Below are positions 1 to 10,884 of a stretch of 64,000 bases of DNA, one piece after another. A program made the position numbers and the translations under genes. The DNA is taken from NCBI GenBank assembly GCA_048128005.1, contig JBEUKZ010000078.1:186001-250000 (forward strand). The letters are read 5' to 3'. How positions within the stretch are numbered: position 1 is the stretch's first letter; every line of letters begins with the position of its first letter. Source of the DNA: Veleropilina oligotropha. Lineage: Eukaryota. The notes under the pieces were generated by a model. The model saw only the letters and a program-made list of their open reading frames with translations, did not search any database and was not told the DNA's origin.

Positions 1-64
1 AATCTATTTTACAATGTAAGTATATATCTGACTTTCTAAACATGTTTTTCATATTTACTTTCAG

Positions 65-147
65 ATGATGCTGGTAACTTTCTGTCCACCCTCCATGCAC
101 TAAAGAGCATCGGTTTGAGCGACTCTATGCACGAGGCGATATTTGAG
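65..147 (+). CDS. MYO19: Myosin XIX motor domain, first exon in window (gene starts upstream of window)
   Basis: ttcag acceptor, GAG/gtaac donor; DAGNFLSTLHALKSIGLSDSMHEAIFE; in phase with all downstream exons. Confidence 0.85.
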
Positions 148-289
148 GTAACAGCTATCCTGTGATGTTCAATTGTTATTAAACAGCTCTTGTCATTAAT
201 GTCTGGCTGCACATGCCTCCAATTGAAGATTTACCTGCAAAATGTTTCTCATGAAGCCACAAGTTTTATAATATGTGAAACCTTAATTC

Positions 290-667
290 ATGATTCAACA
301 GAACCCTTAATTCTTTGCATTCCTAGCATGAAAACTAAATCTCTCGGAGAACGTTGTTTTTCATTTGCTGCTCCAAGCCAATGGAACTCACTTCCTGTTG
401 TTATTCGTTACATCGAAGATGCAGCAACTTTCAAAAGATCTCTCAAAACACACTTGTTCTGGAAACATTTCTCATAAACTGAAAATCTTGCATCTATCAA
501 CCTTTTCCTATTTTGTGTCCAGTCAGCTGTGAAATATGTATCTCTTGTAAATGTATATTGTTTATCATTGTCTGTTTAAGTGTTCTGATTCAATCATTGT
601 AAAGCGCAAAGTGCTAGAATCCTTTTCCTGATCTTGCGCTATATAAATCTCTCATTATTATTATTAA
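290..667 (+). mobile_element. 5'-truncated L2/CR1-group LINE 3' end
   Basis: GERCFSFAAPSQWNSLP...FKRSLKTHLF is a typical ORF2 C-terminus; 3' UTR GCGC...GCGCTATATAAA followed by an (ATT)n tail. Confidence 0.75.
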
Positions 668-824
668 TGATTGATTGATTATCGAAGTAGTGCAAACTAT
701 TTTATTTACATTGGCAATGGTTTGGTTTCAATCATGTGATGTAAGATCAGAATGATTTAAAATGCAGGTTATCATGATTGTTGTGTGTCGCCATGGTAAT
801 GTGTAGCATGCTTTTACTGTACAG

Positions 825-900
825 GTTCTCACGGCGATCTTATACATGGGTAATGTGCGCTTTCAGTCAGTAGAAGACGAGACTAGTGACATTGATGAAG
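825..900 (+). CDS. MYO19: Myosin XIX exon
   Basis: acag/gtatgt boundaries; VLTAILYMGNVRF matches the myosin motor motif (VLAGLLHLGNIQF type). Confidence 0.9.
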
Positions 901-1163
901 GTATGTGTTTAGTCTTATTTATTGTTCAAATTTGATATGAATTGCTCATTCGTGCCCTTCAATTAGATTCTTGACCAATTTTTTTTCTGCTGAAATCTCG
1001 AATTTCAAGCAGAAAATCTGTTTAATTCTGTTATAACCGATTCATATCATACTTCTCAAATAATGACTATTGCATGGCTTTTATAGTAATTACTAGTTGC
1101 ATCTAGTACATGTTAGTCGCTATTTGATGCTTGTATTACTTTTTATCCGTTCGTTGTTTACAG

Positions 1164-1205
1164 ACGATTCTGATCTGGCTAACTCGACATTTGTTGAACT
1201 GCAAG
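1164..1205 (+). CDS. MYO19: Myosin XIX 42-nt symmetric (phase 1-1) exon
   Basis: tttacag/gtacaa boundaries; open frame DDSDLANSTFVELQ; not needed to keep frame. Confidence 0.6.
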
Positions 1206-1966
1206 GTACAAACATGAACATCTATCGTAGAGTTAGAGTAAAAGCATGACCTCCTTAATTCAAAATAAATATAGCATAACATTTTTTTCATTTCTTTGTT
1301 TTATTTATTGTATGCATGTGTATTAAATTTGTTACAAAATTACAAGTTTTGTTATTGAATACATTGATGCAACAAATTGTTGAATACGACATGGTTTTAT
1401 TACCACATATTATTGAGTAGTAGTTGTTTATTACTTCTGTTTGCAATGTCTTTCCTCTTTTAGCAGCATGTTATCTGTAACTTGTAAGGGTATTGTTCAT
1501 AAATGTTGTTCAATGTAAGCCTGTGTTAGATCCACCTCAGACTTCTTGACTGTGTGGCATTGACGTATCATAATTCAACAGATATACTGTACTGCAAATT
1601 ATTCGGAATTCAGATTGCTTCATCCATATCAGTATCATGGATATATCCCTTCGTGGTCCGCCATTGGTGATTATGAGATGCAAGTTTTATCAGTTTTGTT
1701 TTGATAATAATATACATTTATTGACTTTTGTTAAAGATAAATAAAAAGATACATTCACCATTAAAAGTGATGTTTATACTTATAAATACTAGTACATAAC
1801 TATTTCCTATCCATTATGTGGCGTAGACTCTGGATTATATCTCTATAAATTTCTTATAAACATATTCACAATAAGAAATCTGTCTTTGTTTGAAAAAATA
1901 AAGAATGTTCATTCCGACATTCAGTCGAGCGCTGGTAGAGAAAATGTTGACTTCAGTTTTATACAG

Positions 1967-2153
1967 TTTCAGAAGAGTCGCTGTTGGCAGCGTCTAATAT
2001 TCTCGCCGTAGAGAGTCAACCATTAGAAAAGGCTTTTCTGTTCAGAAATATCCAGTCCGGGAGCAAAACTCGAAAGAGTGTGTTCGTCAAGCCGTGCACA
2101 GTGATTGAAGCAGGCAGCCGCAGAGACTGCATTGCAATGTTGCTGTATTCAAG
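1967..2153 (+). CDS. MYO19: Myosin XIX exon
   Basis: SVFVKPCTVIEAGSRRDCIAMLLYSR resembles the MYO19 segment VFRKPC...RRDCLAKLIYAR as I recall it; AG/GT boundaries. Confidence 0.9.
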
Positions 2154-2167
2154 GTAATTCTTGTCAA

Positions 2168-2421
2168 GGAATTATGCTTAATGTCCTGTATATTTATAAC
2201 AACGAGGTTCAAGGCAGGACATGTCCGTGTTTTCGCGGGAGGAAACCCCGGTCGCCCGGATAAACCCGCCCTCTTCGGCCAGTCACGGACAACTGTGCTT
2301 CATAACTTGAACAAATGTGTGCTGCCTCAGCCGGGGGTCGATCCCACTACTGTTCGCGTCAGCGGAAACAAGCCAGTGAATTTAGAGTGGACACTCTACC
2401 CACTGCGCTACCGAAGCGGCC
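2168..2421 (-). mobile_element. Full-length tRNA-derived SINE with V-SINE-like core (young subfamily)
   Basis: A box TAGCGCAGTGG, B box GGATCGACCCC; 12-bp TSD AATTCTTGTCAA at 2156-2167 and 2422-2433; near-identical copies elsewhere in window. Confidence 0.9.
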
Positions 2422-3458
2422 AATTCTTGTCAAATCTCTGTATTGAAATATTTAACAAGTGCTTGGTTTAAGATGTTTAATATATATGTTAGCGTATGAA
2501 ATGTTTGTGAATAATTTCATCTGAACATAATTCTTTGGTTTTTAAGAGAATGCATATACTTTCACAGTGTATTCAGCCTGTAAGTTGTACGGTCAAGATG
2601 GGGGACTTCAGGAAAATCTTATTAGGTGGGCATAGTGACATGTGAAATTTAGTAAAACCAAACACTATAAGAATATAAATATGATGGCATAAAAATAAGT
2701 TGATGGGCTGCCACTTCATTAACTGTTTCGGCGACATATATATAGGCTACTAACGTTGACACTGATCTCTTCAGAACCATTGGCTACAAATGTTGACATT
2801 ACAGTATGTCATTTATTTCCATCATTAGTTATTAATGCCGTCAATAGAGATCGATTTTGTTTATTTCTCTTGCCGAGCTATGGGAAATTCCTTTGTCGTC
2901 GCCATTTGAAAATGGAGTGGTGTCGGGAACAAAGAGGTATAAATCATCAGCGCTGAAAGAGTTAATGCTAATGGAGATGTCTGCATTACATACAGTGTCT
3001 TTTGCTATTGTTGATGTTCAGTTCTAAGGTAAAGGTCCATATTCTCTGTTTCGTCACTTTACCTGAATAAGTGCTGTCGCCATTTTGAGCAATGGATTTT
3101 CATGGAAGTGTTCACCTAAAAATGGCCGCAATACAATTGTTGCGATACAATGCAGAAATATCTGTTTGTTCGGTTATGCTCTTTATTATATGCCAGTCAT
3201 TTTCTGACGCCTATTCTTGCGCAGTTTTCCGAGACCCTGTATCACGGACACAGCTGATATCGATTCAGAAAACGTCTCCTGCTTATATATTCACAGGAAA
3301 ACGTCTCCTGCTTATATATTCAAAATGGCTGACAAATCGTAGGAACTACTTCCAATATAGTCCTATACTATTTCAACCTCCCTTACAGATTCGTGACTAA
3401 AATTACCATAATCTTTCGATTCAATTTAATAAGAAACTTGTTGTGGCATATAATAAAA

Positions 3459-3593
3459 ATGTTATCAGTTATTGTGTGGATTCTGGCACATCGGAAACCT
3501 CTCGTGACGTCGTTCTCGCGATTAATCCGCCGCAAAACTATGACGTCACTCGAGGTTTCCGATGTGCCAGAATCCACACAATACTGATAACAT
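3459..3593. repeat. ~135-bp hairpin / small foldback MITE
   Basis: TATTGTGTGGATTCTGGCACATCGGAAACCTC has a perfect reverse complement at ~3552-3583; arms extend further with one indel. Confidence 0.8.
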
Positions 3594-3641
3594 CATTTTA
3601 TCAATGGCTGTCTGTAGCTATTAAATCTTCATGCTTTTCAG

Positions 3642-3709
3642 GCTGTTTACATGGCTGGTGGATTTCATCAACAGTCAGGTCAAGACATGCAATTATGACA
3701 ACACCATCG
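3642..3709 (+). CDS. MYO19: Myosin XIX exon ending in a GC donor
   Basis: LFTWLVDFINSQVKTCNYDNTI(G); only the G/gcaagt junction gives [10 protein letters not shown] with the next exon. Confidence 0.85.
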
Positions 3710-3889
3710 GCAAGTGATATTATTGGACTCTGTTCTAACAGCAAATCTATTATCAAATTTGATTCAATTTTGTTATATGTATACATTAGCTATGATGAGG
3801 ACATGTGATAACGATTTTTGTCGTATTCAGATTCAAAATGGCAGCCATTTTGTATGAAGATATTTCTTGTGTGTACATGTACTCTACTA

Positions 3890-4402
3890 CACCTGTTGGA
3901 AAAGTGCGCTAAAATATCTGAAATTATGCGCTGGGGTTACGTAAATTATGCGCTGAGTGAAAGGCAGATTATGCGCTAAAAATAGTCAAATATATCCAAT
4001 TATGTGCAGGGATAGCTTAATTTTTTTTAACCAAGATTGACTCTGGTGGAATTTCTGTGCTAGTAAAGTAGCAAAATCAATCTCACACTGTCATTTTTTG
4101 CGAAATTACCCCCAGAGACTTCACAGAAATAAATTTGAGTGTACACTTTGTTTCATGCTAAACCTCTTGACCAAACGATGTTATATTAATAAAATTTCAT
4201 GTAGAAACACAAAATAAACAATTTTATTGTGATTTTGTAATGGCAGTAATCATGAAATTGTACAAAAATGGCATATAAAATATAAATAAAATGAAAAATT
4301 GGTAAATTATGCGCTCATACAAGGAATTGTTAAAATTATGCGCCAGAGGATCAATTATGCGCTACGCACTGCATTCGCATAATCGCACTTTTCCAACAGG
4401 TG
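3890..4402. mobile_element. MITE with CACCTGTTGGAAAAGTGCG TIRs
   Basis: 19-bp perfect TIRs flanked by TA on both sides; repeated ATTATGCGC subterminal motifs. Confidence 0.85.
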
Positions 4403-4552
4403 TACTCTACAATCAACCGTTTAATTAGATATGCACATTATTTATGACAAGGACACAACGCCTAACTGCTAATTGCTGCCGCGGGGGGGGGGGGGGGGTT
4501 GCACCCCCTCGCGTTGAGGAATCGAAGATTTTATAGTTTAATCAATTAACGT

Positions 4553-5047
4553 TGTTATCCTAGGGCGGCGAGTTTGATGCGTACGTTTATCCTGTGAGCT
4601 TTGAAAATATCACACGAGACAAAGTCAAGTGTGATATTGTCATAACGAACAGGAAAAGCGTACGCATCAAACGAGCAGCCACAGGGTAACATTTTTATTT
4701 TCATTTTATTTTTAAAATATCTAACTTTATATGCCTGTCAATGCTGAACAAGGACCAAGCAATGAATAACGTCATGTTAAATTGCACCTTACTGGTTTTT
4801 CTAAGCGCAAAATAACCTGGATATTTGAAAAGCTGAGGAATAGTTTAGTCATACATTCATGTATACATGATTGAATTTCAAAGAAATACTTGAAAACACT
4901 TGATTATCTACCGCAGAAGCGAATGACGTCTAGCAGACGACGTGTAGTTTGATACGAAAACATCAAGTTTGACATGAGTATTTGTTAAACTTCACGTGAC
5001 GTCATTTTGACCAATCAGATGTCGCGGATTTCGCAAAATGAAAATAA
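4553..5047 (+). mobile_element. GA-mismatch hairpin element (copy B)
   Basis: Palindrome 4553-4691, inner IR TTATTTTCATTTT 4695-4707, terminal IR 5035-5047. Confidence 0.75.
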
Positions 5048-5074
5048 TAATTTATTAATACTAAAGAAGCTCCA

Positions 5075-5300
5075 TTTATATTGGATCCTGCACAATTGTC
5101 GGAGGATACTATGATTTTGTCACCTCTTGGCCGCATCGTCCGCAGAGATGTCTTGTGTGCGATCTTCTGAAATTTGATATGCACATTAGTTATGGTAAGG
5201 TTACAATATACAATGACTAGGAACATTTTCGGATTCAAAATGGCAGCCCATGGGAGGGGTTACCTCTCCTCGTGTTTTGGGATGAGGGATTTTACTAGTT
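5075..5300 (+). mobile_element. Short HINE-like (Helentron-associated) element
   Basis: Similar to 41330-41805 (CCCATGGGAGG, 3' stem-loop, CTAGTT end). Confidence 0.55.
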
Positions 5301-5320
5301 TATATATTTCTTTTCCACAG

Positions 5321-5442
5321 GGCTTCTCGATATCTATGGGTTCGAGTCGTTCGCTCACAACAGTCTGGAGCAGCTATGCATCAACTACGCTAACGAGAAG
5401 CTGCAACAGCACTACGTGCAACACTTCCTGAAGAACATGCAG
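5321..5442 (+). CDS. MYO19: Myosin XIX exon (switch II and relay helix)
   Basis: [32 protein letters not shown] is the canonical myosin switch-II motif. Confidence 0.97.
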
Positions 5443-5627
5443 GTAAAGGCAGGCTGATTTGTTAACCCTGTGGAAGTGGTTAATTTATAATGTCACTTAA
5501 TAATATGTAATATGTGGGAATTTTCCCATTGTGATTTGGAATGAGTCTTATTTTCAGCCATTCAGATCGTAGTTGACATCCATTGCATCCTTCAGTTCCA
5601 ACTCTACTGTCACTGTGCTTGGCTTAA

Positions 5628-5893
5628 AGGCTGGATTGCCACTATAAGAGATGCCAGGCAGTGGTCAGCTCATGTCTGACTTGAAAACCAACCAGGGCGC
5701 ATTAACATGTCAGCATATGATGATTGGTTGACTACTGGTTAAAACAACAGAAATTCAATTACAAAGTGTGTTTTTAGTTGTTACGTTAACTATCGCCACC
5801 ATACTTCAAAGGCCAGCTTGAGTAGCTGACATTGTAACGCCGCCCCTAACCTATGGGCAAGGTCTTGGACCAGGGGATCACTTTTCCTGGCCT
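5628..5893 (+). mobile_element. TTAA-flanked MITE (Kolobok-like)
   Basis: TTAA|AGGCTGG...CCTGGCCT|TTAA; homologous to 18909-19154 and 40973-41228. Confidence 0.75.
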
Positions 5894-5957
5894 TTAAGTG
5901 TCTGTATCCGAATGTGACTGAACGATTATTGATGTTAATATTTGTATTTTTCTTCAG

Positions 5958-6068
5958 CTGGAGTATGAGGAGGAGCATCTTGACTGGACCACCATCGCTT
6001 ACACTGACAACCAGCCGTGCCTCGACATCCTCGAGGGGAAACATAGCATTTTTGGTCTGTTAAATGAG
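5958..6068 (+). CDS. MYO19: Myosin XIX exon
   Basis: LEYEEEHLDWTTIAYTDNQPCLDILEGKHSIFGLLNE; AG/GT boundaries. Confidence 0.95.
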
Positions 6069-6707
6069 GTACATGCAGAGAAATGTCAAGCAGCATTTTC
6101 CAGTTTTTGTTTACAATATATTCATTTACGCACCCCAATATTTGATTATATATCTGTTCAGGTTCACCCACTGCAGTTTCGCAGAAGTCTGTCCTGTGAT
6201 TATGCATACCGCATGCATGTGAGGTGGTTATTATGAATCCAATCACCTGGTGTACTTCGACTCATGGTGGTCTTCTTTTTAAAAGCCAGTTTGTAGCTTG
6301 ATAAGATATATCTCGATGCGGAGATTGTTTAATAAAAACAGTCAATTTTTCTGTGGTGAAGTCTATAATGATTTCTGTGCTAAAATGTAGCTGAAACAAT
6401 GATTTATTGCATCGTTTGTACGAACAGCGAATACTGGAAGACTATGAAATGTATTTGAAAATGAAAATGTCTGCCTGATTACACATCAAATGACTTAATA
6501 ATCTAGCAATGGATGGAAGGACTGTTTGCCACAGTTATATTATGTAGAACCGATGGGGTGTCATTAGAAAAAGTGATGTAAACAAAGGACTTAACTGTCA
6601 TTTGTGTAATATTGGTTGAAACATTGAATGATACTATCCTAGAGAGTCCAAACATAGCCTTCTCGGGTGGGTTGATTCTCCAGATATGGGTTTCGTTCCA
6701 TGATATA

Positions 6708-7146
6708 TTATAAGTTGTCGGACAACGTCGCGGTAAATACGGTGGATTGAATACCAAATAAATTTAAACCACGAGGCGCAAGCCGAGTGGTTTAACGTTT
6801 TGAGTTATTCAATCCAACATATTTAGCAAGACGTTGTTCGACAACATATTTATCTTGATTTTACCTTGATTTCTTAATGCGAGGCTTGATTAACAGAGTC
6901 CCGATTTGGTTCATAACACTTGTTATATTTATGATCATAGCAGCCATTTGCAGTAAGGCTGGTTTCAGTAAGGCCGAGTTATTTCCCTTGACGGCCAGTT
7001 AGCCAATCAGAACAGAGGATTGGCGGCGAAATGACTTCACCGATGTTCAAGGATCCATGAACACCGGCTGAGCGGGGTTTACGGTCAGTTGACAAAATGA
7101 CGTCAGCCAATCAGAACAGAGGATTGGCGGCGAAATCAAGATAAAT
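6708..7146 (+). mobile_element. GA-mismatch hairpin element (copy A)
   Basis: Palindrome ~6710-6850 centred on CAC-GA-GGC-GCAA-GCC-GA-GTG; inner IR ATTTATCTTGATTT pairs with terminal AAATCAAGATAAAT. Confidence 0.75.
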
Positions 7147-7229
7147 GATGTTTAAACATGGGTCTGTCTGTTTATACTCAAATGCAAATCACTAGCCTAA
7201 GATTTTCGTTTTCCATTATTACATTTCAG

Positions 7230-7412
7230 GAGGTTTATTTAAACAGGAAATCTAACCCACAGATACTTGGGGAGAGGATTCTGGACGTGTCTAATCGCCA
7301 GGTGAACTGTGTGAGGAACCCTAAAAATTTCCGGTCGTGCCCGAGCTTCACCATTAACCACTATGCGGAGCAAGTGAATTATATCGTTGCAGACCTCGTC
7401 AACAAAAATAAG
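7230..7412 (+). CDS. MYO19: Myosin XIX exon
   Basis: EVYLNRKS...PSFTINHYAEQVNYIVADLVNKNK; AG/GT boundaries. Confidence 0.95.
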
Positions 7413-7599
7413 GTGCCGCCAATGGTTTCTATCGACATTTTATTTTATTACTTTTCATTATCATATGTTGAAATTTTTCACATTCATACCAGACACTTTA
7501 ATAACAATCGAATGTACTCCACAGTGAATCTTCTATTCCAAGTTATCTGGCGTACTTTACCATTGGATGTTGCTTGTTATGCATTTTAATCTATTGTAG

Positions 7600-7731
7600 G
7601 ATAATATCCCAATTGAATTAGTTGACATTCTGAAGACGAGCCGTAAGGCATTCATTTCCAATCTCTTCATGGACTACGAAGTCGAAAGCTCATCAGGGAA
7701 AAAGAAACGAACAGTTCTCTCAAAGTTTAAG
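7600..7731 (+). CDS. MYO19: Myosin XIX exon (loop 2 region)
   Basis: DNIPIELVDILKTS...KKKRTVLSKFK; tag/gtaagt boundaries. Confidence 0.95.
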
Positions 7732-8034
7732 GTAAGTTTAATAAGAGAATATTGGGTTGTTTTTGATGGGTGCTTGATGTCCAATTTAACACTAGGGGAG
7801 CATACCAGTGGGAGGAATGTTTGGTGTACTTGGAAAACCCGCGTGCATCAGTCAGTTTCGGACCACTGTGCACATGACTGTTAACCTCACCTAAGTATCG
7901 CCATCAATATGAGTGAAGTTTTTGGCGACACTTTCACCAACTTGGCCACCAAAAACAAAGTAAGAACAGATCAGAAATTAATGCGACATTTTGATCCATG
8001 AATTAGCAAAAAATTTAAAACAATTATGTATGGG

Positions 8035-8371
8035 ATAAACTACTGGATAGCATTGAATAGTTAAGAGAAAACACTCCTGTCGAGGGCCGTGCCCGAGACA
8101 GGAGTGTTTTCTCTGAACTATTCAACGCTATCCAGTAGTTTATGTCACTTAAAACATTTCACCATTGCACAATAGCCTCATTCCCCACCAGGTACCTCTA
8201 TTGTAGTTAATTGGAGTGGATTAGTTGAATGAAAGTCTTAATTGTTATTGATTAGTTGAATGCCTTTAAACTTTTCAACGACTGGGCCAACAAAGCTTTG
8301 TTCTTCGAGATTGAATAGACAGAATAAACAACTGCCCAGAACAATAGATGACGTCACAGAAATGTTTTAAG
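8035..8371 (+). mobile_element. GA-mismatch hairpin element (copy C)
   Basis: Near-perfect palindrome 8035-8143 centred on GTC-GA-GGGC-CGT-GCCC-GA-GAC; IR CTTAAAACATTTC 8148-8160 pairs with 8359-8371. Confidence 0.8.
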
Positions 8372-8665
8372 GAGAGGATATTAAATTGGTCGCACTGGTA
8401 ATGGAGTGAATAAGAGTGAGGTCTCTGAATTCACTTCATTCTTTAACAGGAATGGGTTCTAATCCTTGCCTCAGCACAAGTAACATTTACACTTGTCCAT
8501 AATTAGCTGACTTGTGAAAGAGGTGTTCCCCAAGCGACCGGGCTCTCATAATGACATTGCTGCGAAAATTTGGACATGTCCTGCTATGAACCTTAAGGTT
8601 TTTAAAAGCGGGAAGTTAAGCATTGATCGTAACATTTTTTAATGACCCAATGCTATTTATTTCAG

Positions 8666-8844
8666 AGCTCTTTGGATGACCTCATGACGTCTCTGCATTC
8701 TTCCGACGTTCATTATGTGCGATGCGTCAAGCCAAACGTGTTGAACCAACCCGGCGTCTTTGACAATCATTACGTCAATGCCCAGTTGCGAGCCAGCGGG
8801 ATATTGGCCACGGTCGAGATTAGCCGTAGTGGTTATTCATCCAG
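8666..8844 (+). CDS. MYO19: Myosin XIX exon
   Basis: SSLDDLMTSLHSSDVHYVRCVKPN...QLRASGILATVEISRSGYSSR is the myosin actin-binding/SH-helix region. Confidence 0.97.
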
Positions 8845-9374
8845 GTACTTAGCTGTCTTGATTTTCATATTTTTACACTGGATGATGATCGTATCATGTG
8901 TCATGAGCAAAGACTTACATTTGGCAAGCCAGTTTGTCAAAGACATCAGATGTACCATAATTGACTGTTTAGCTGCATATCTGTTTCATCTGTGTTCTTA
9001 ATCAAATGAATGATAACAGAATAGTTTCAATGCAATAACACTCAGTTGTTTTCCTTTATGATTAGCGGGTTGTTGCAGTGGTAAAAGCGTATTTCTTCAT
9101 GAACGCGCACGGACTGGAGTACTGTTCACATGTACACAACGCTGATGGTTTGACGGGATAATAATAATATGACACAATGATATCCTGTATGATAAAGACT
9201 TAACGGTATTACCAAAATACATATGAAATTCTTTCTGTAAATCTTACTTGCAAAATCCATTGTTACGTAAGATCTCATATTTGATTTATAATGAAAATAA
9301 CTAGGATAAATATTTATTTCATTTAAGATACCAAATGCAGTGGTTACTAGTAACCTTGTACATTGCATTGAAGA

Positions 9375-10872
9375 TTTGTATGCCCCCTAAACGAAGTTTA
9401 GGGGCATATAGTGTTGCACACGTCCGTCCGAACTTCGTTTCCGGGCTGTAACTTTAGAATGCCTTCATGGATTTAAATGAAATTTGGTATGCAAATGTAT
9501 GATCATAATACCGAAGTCAAGTTCGATTTCGGTAACATTCCGATTTTCCATAAAGGATTTATGCCCCTTGATTCACTTGGAAACATTTTTTCATTTCCGG
9601 GCGGTAACTTCAGAATGCCTTAATGGATTTACATAAAATTTGGTATTCACGTGTATGATCATAATACCCAAGTGAAGTTCGATTTCGGTAACATTCCAAA
9701 TTTCCATAAAGGAGTTATGCCCCTTGATAACTTTGAAACATTTTTTCATTTCCGGGCGGTAACTTCAGAATGCCTTCATGGATTTGCATTAAATTTGGTA
9801 TTCACGTGTATGATCATAATACCGAAGTGAAGTTCGATTTCGGTAACATTCTGAATTTCCATTAAGGAGTTATGCCCCTTGATTCACTTGGAAATATTTT
9901 TTCATTTCCGGGCGGTAACTTGAGAATGCCTTCATGGATTTACATTCAATTTGGTATTCACATGTATGATCATAATACCCAAGTGAAGTTCGATTTCGGT
10001 AACATTCCGAATTTCCATAAAGGAGTTATGCCCCTTGATTCACTTTGAAACATTTTTTCATTTCCGGGCGGTAACTTGAGAATGCCTTCATGGATTTACA
10101 TTAAATTTGGTATTCACGTGTATGATTGTAATGGATTAAAGTAATATTTCGGTAATATTCCCATGTTCCATAAGGGAGTTATGCCCCTTCATTCACTTGG
10201 AAACTTTTTTCATTTCGTGGCGGTAACTTTAGAATGCCATCATGGATTTAAATTAAATTTGATATTCACGTTTATGATCATAATAGCTAAGTGGAGTTAG
10301 ATTTCGGTGACATTCCGCCTTCACATAAGGGAGTTATGTCCCTTCATCAACATGCAATTTTTTTTCCATTTTCGGCCGATAACTTGATAATGCCTTCATG
10401 GATATAAATTACATTTGGTATACATGTGTAATATCATTGGAAACAAATTTTATGCCCGGTCCCCTACAAAACGAAGTATGGAGAGCATTTATTGTTACAC
10501 ATGTTTGTCTCTCGAATGAATGCTTTAGATTCTGTGCTATATTAAGGCATTCATGGATTCAAATTAAATTAATTTGATATACACATGTATATCAGAATAT
10601 CTGAGTGGAGTTTCATTTCTATAAATTCCCAACTTCATTTAGGAGACATAGGACATTAATTAGTAATTTAATTTTGTTTTCTATTCTGGACGATAACTTT
10701 TGAATACATTCATGGAATGAAACTATATTTGGAATATAGGTGTATACTTATTCATACATTGTTAAATGCGTAAATTCAATGTTAAGAGAGTTATTGCTGT
10801 TCACTTCGAATTTCTTTCATTCCTGGCAGTTGTTTCAGAGGGGGCATTCGTGTCAGTCTGACATATCTAGTT
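9375..10872 (+). mobile_element. HINE-like element with ~156-bp tandem (satellite) core
   Basis: subTIR ATGCCCCC / GGGGGCAT, 5' stem-loop, GTCC microsatellite, units at 9438, 9594, 9749, 9905, 10061, 10213, ~10369; 3' palindrome TGTCAGTCTGACA then CTAGTT. Confidence 0.8.
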
Positions 10873-10884
10873 TATTAGTTATTA

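Noticed and set aside
2181..2471. Recurrent MSCIF...GGNPGRP ORF family (also 15255, 40266, 47142)
   Set aside because: Antisense reading frames of the SINE; frames break differently between copies
4482..4498. Poly-G runs (also ~19938-19954) as G-quadruplex regulatory elements
   Set aside because: Simple homopolymers within repeat remnants; length unreliable and no supporting context
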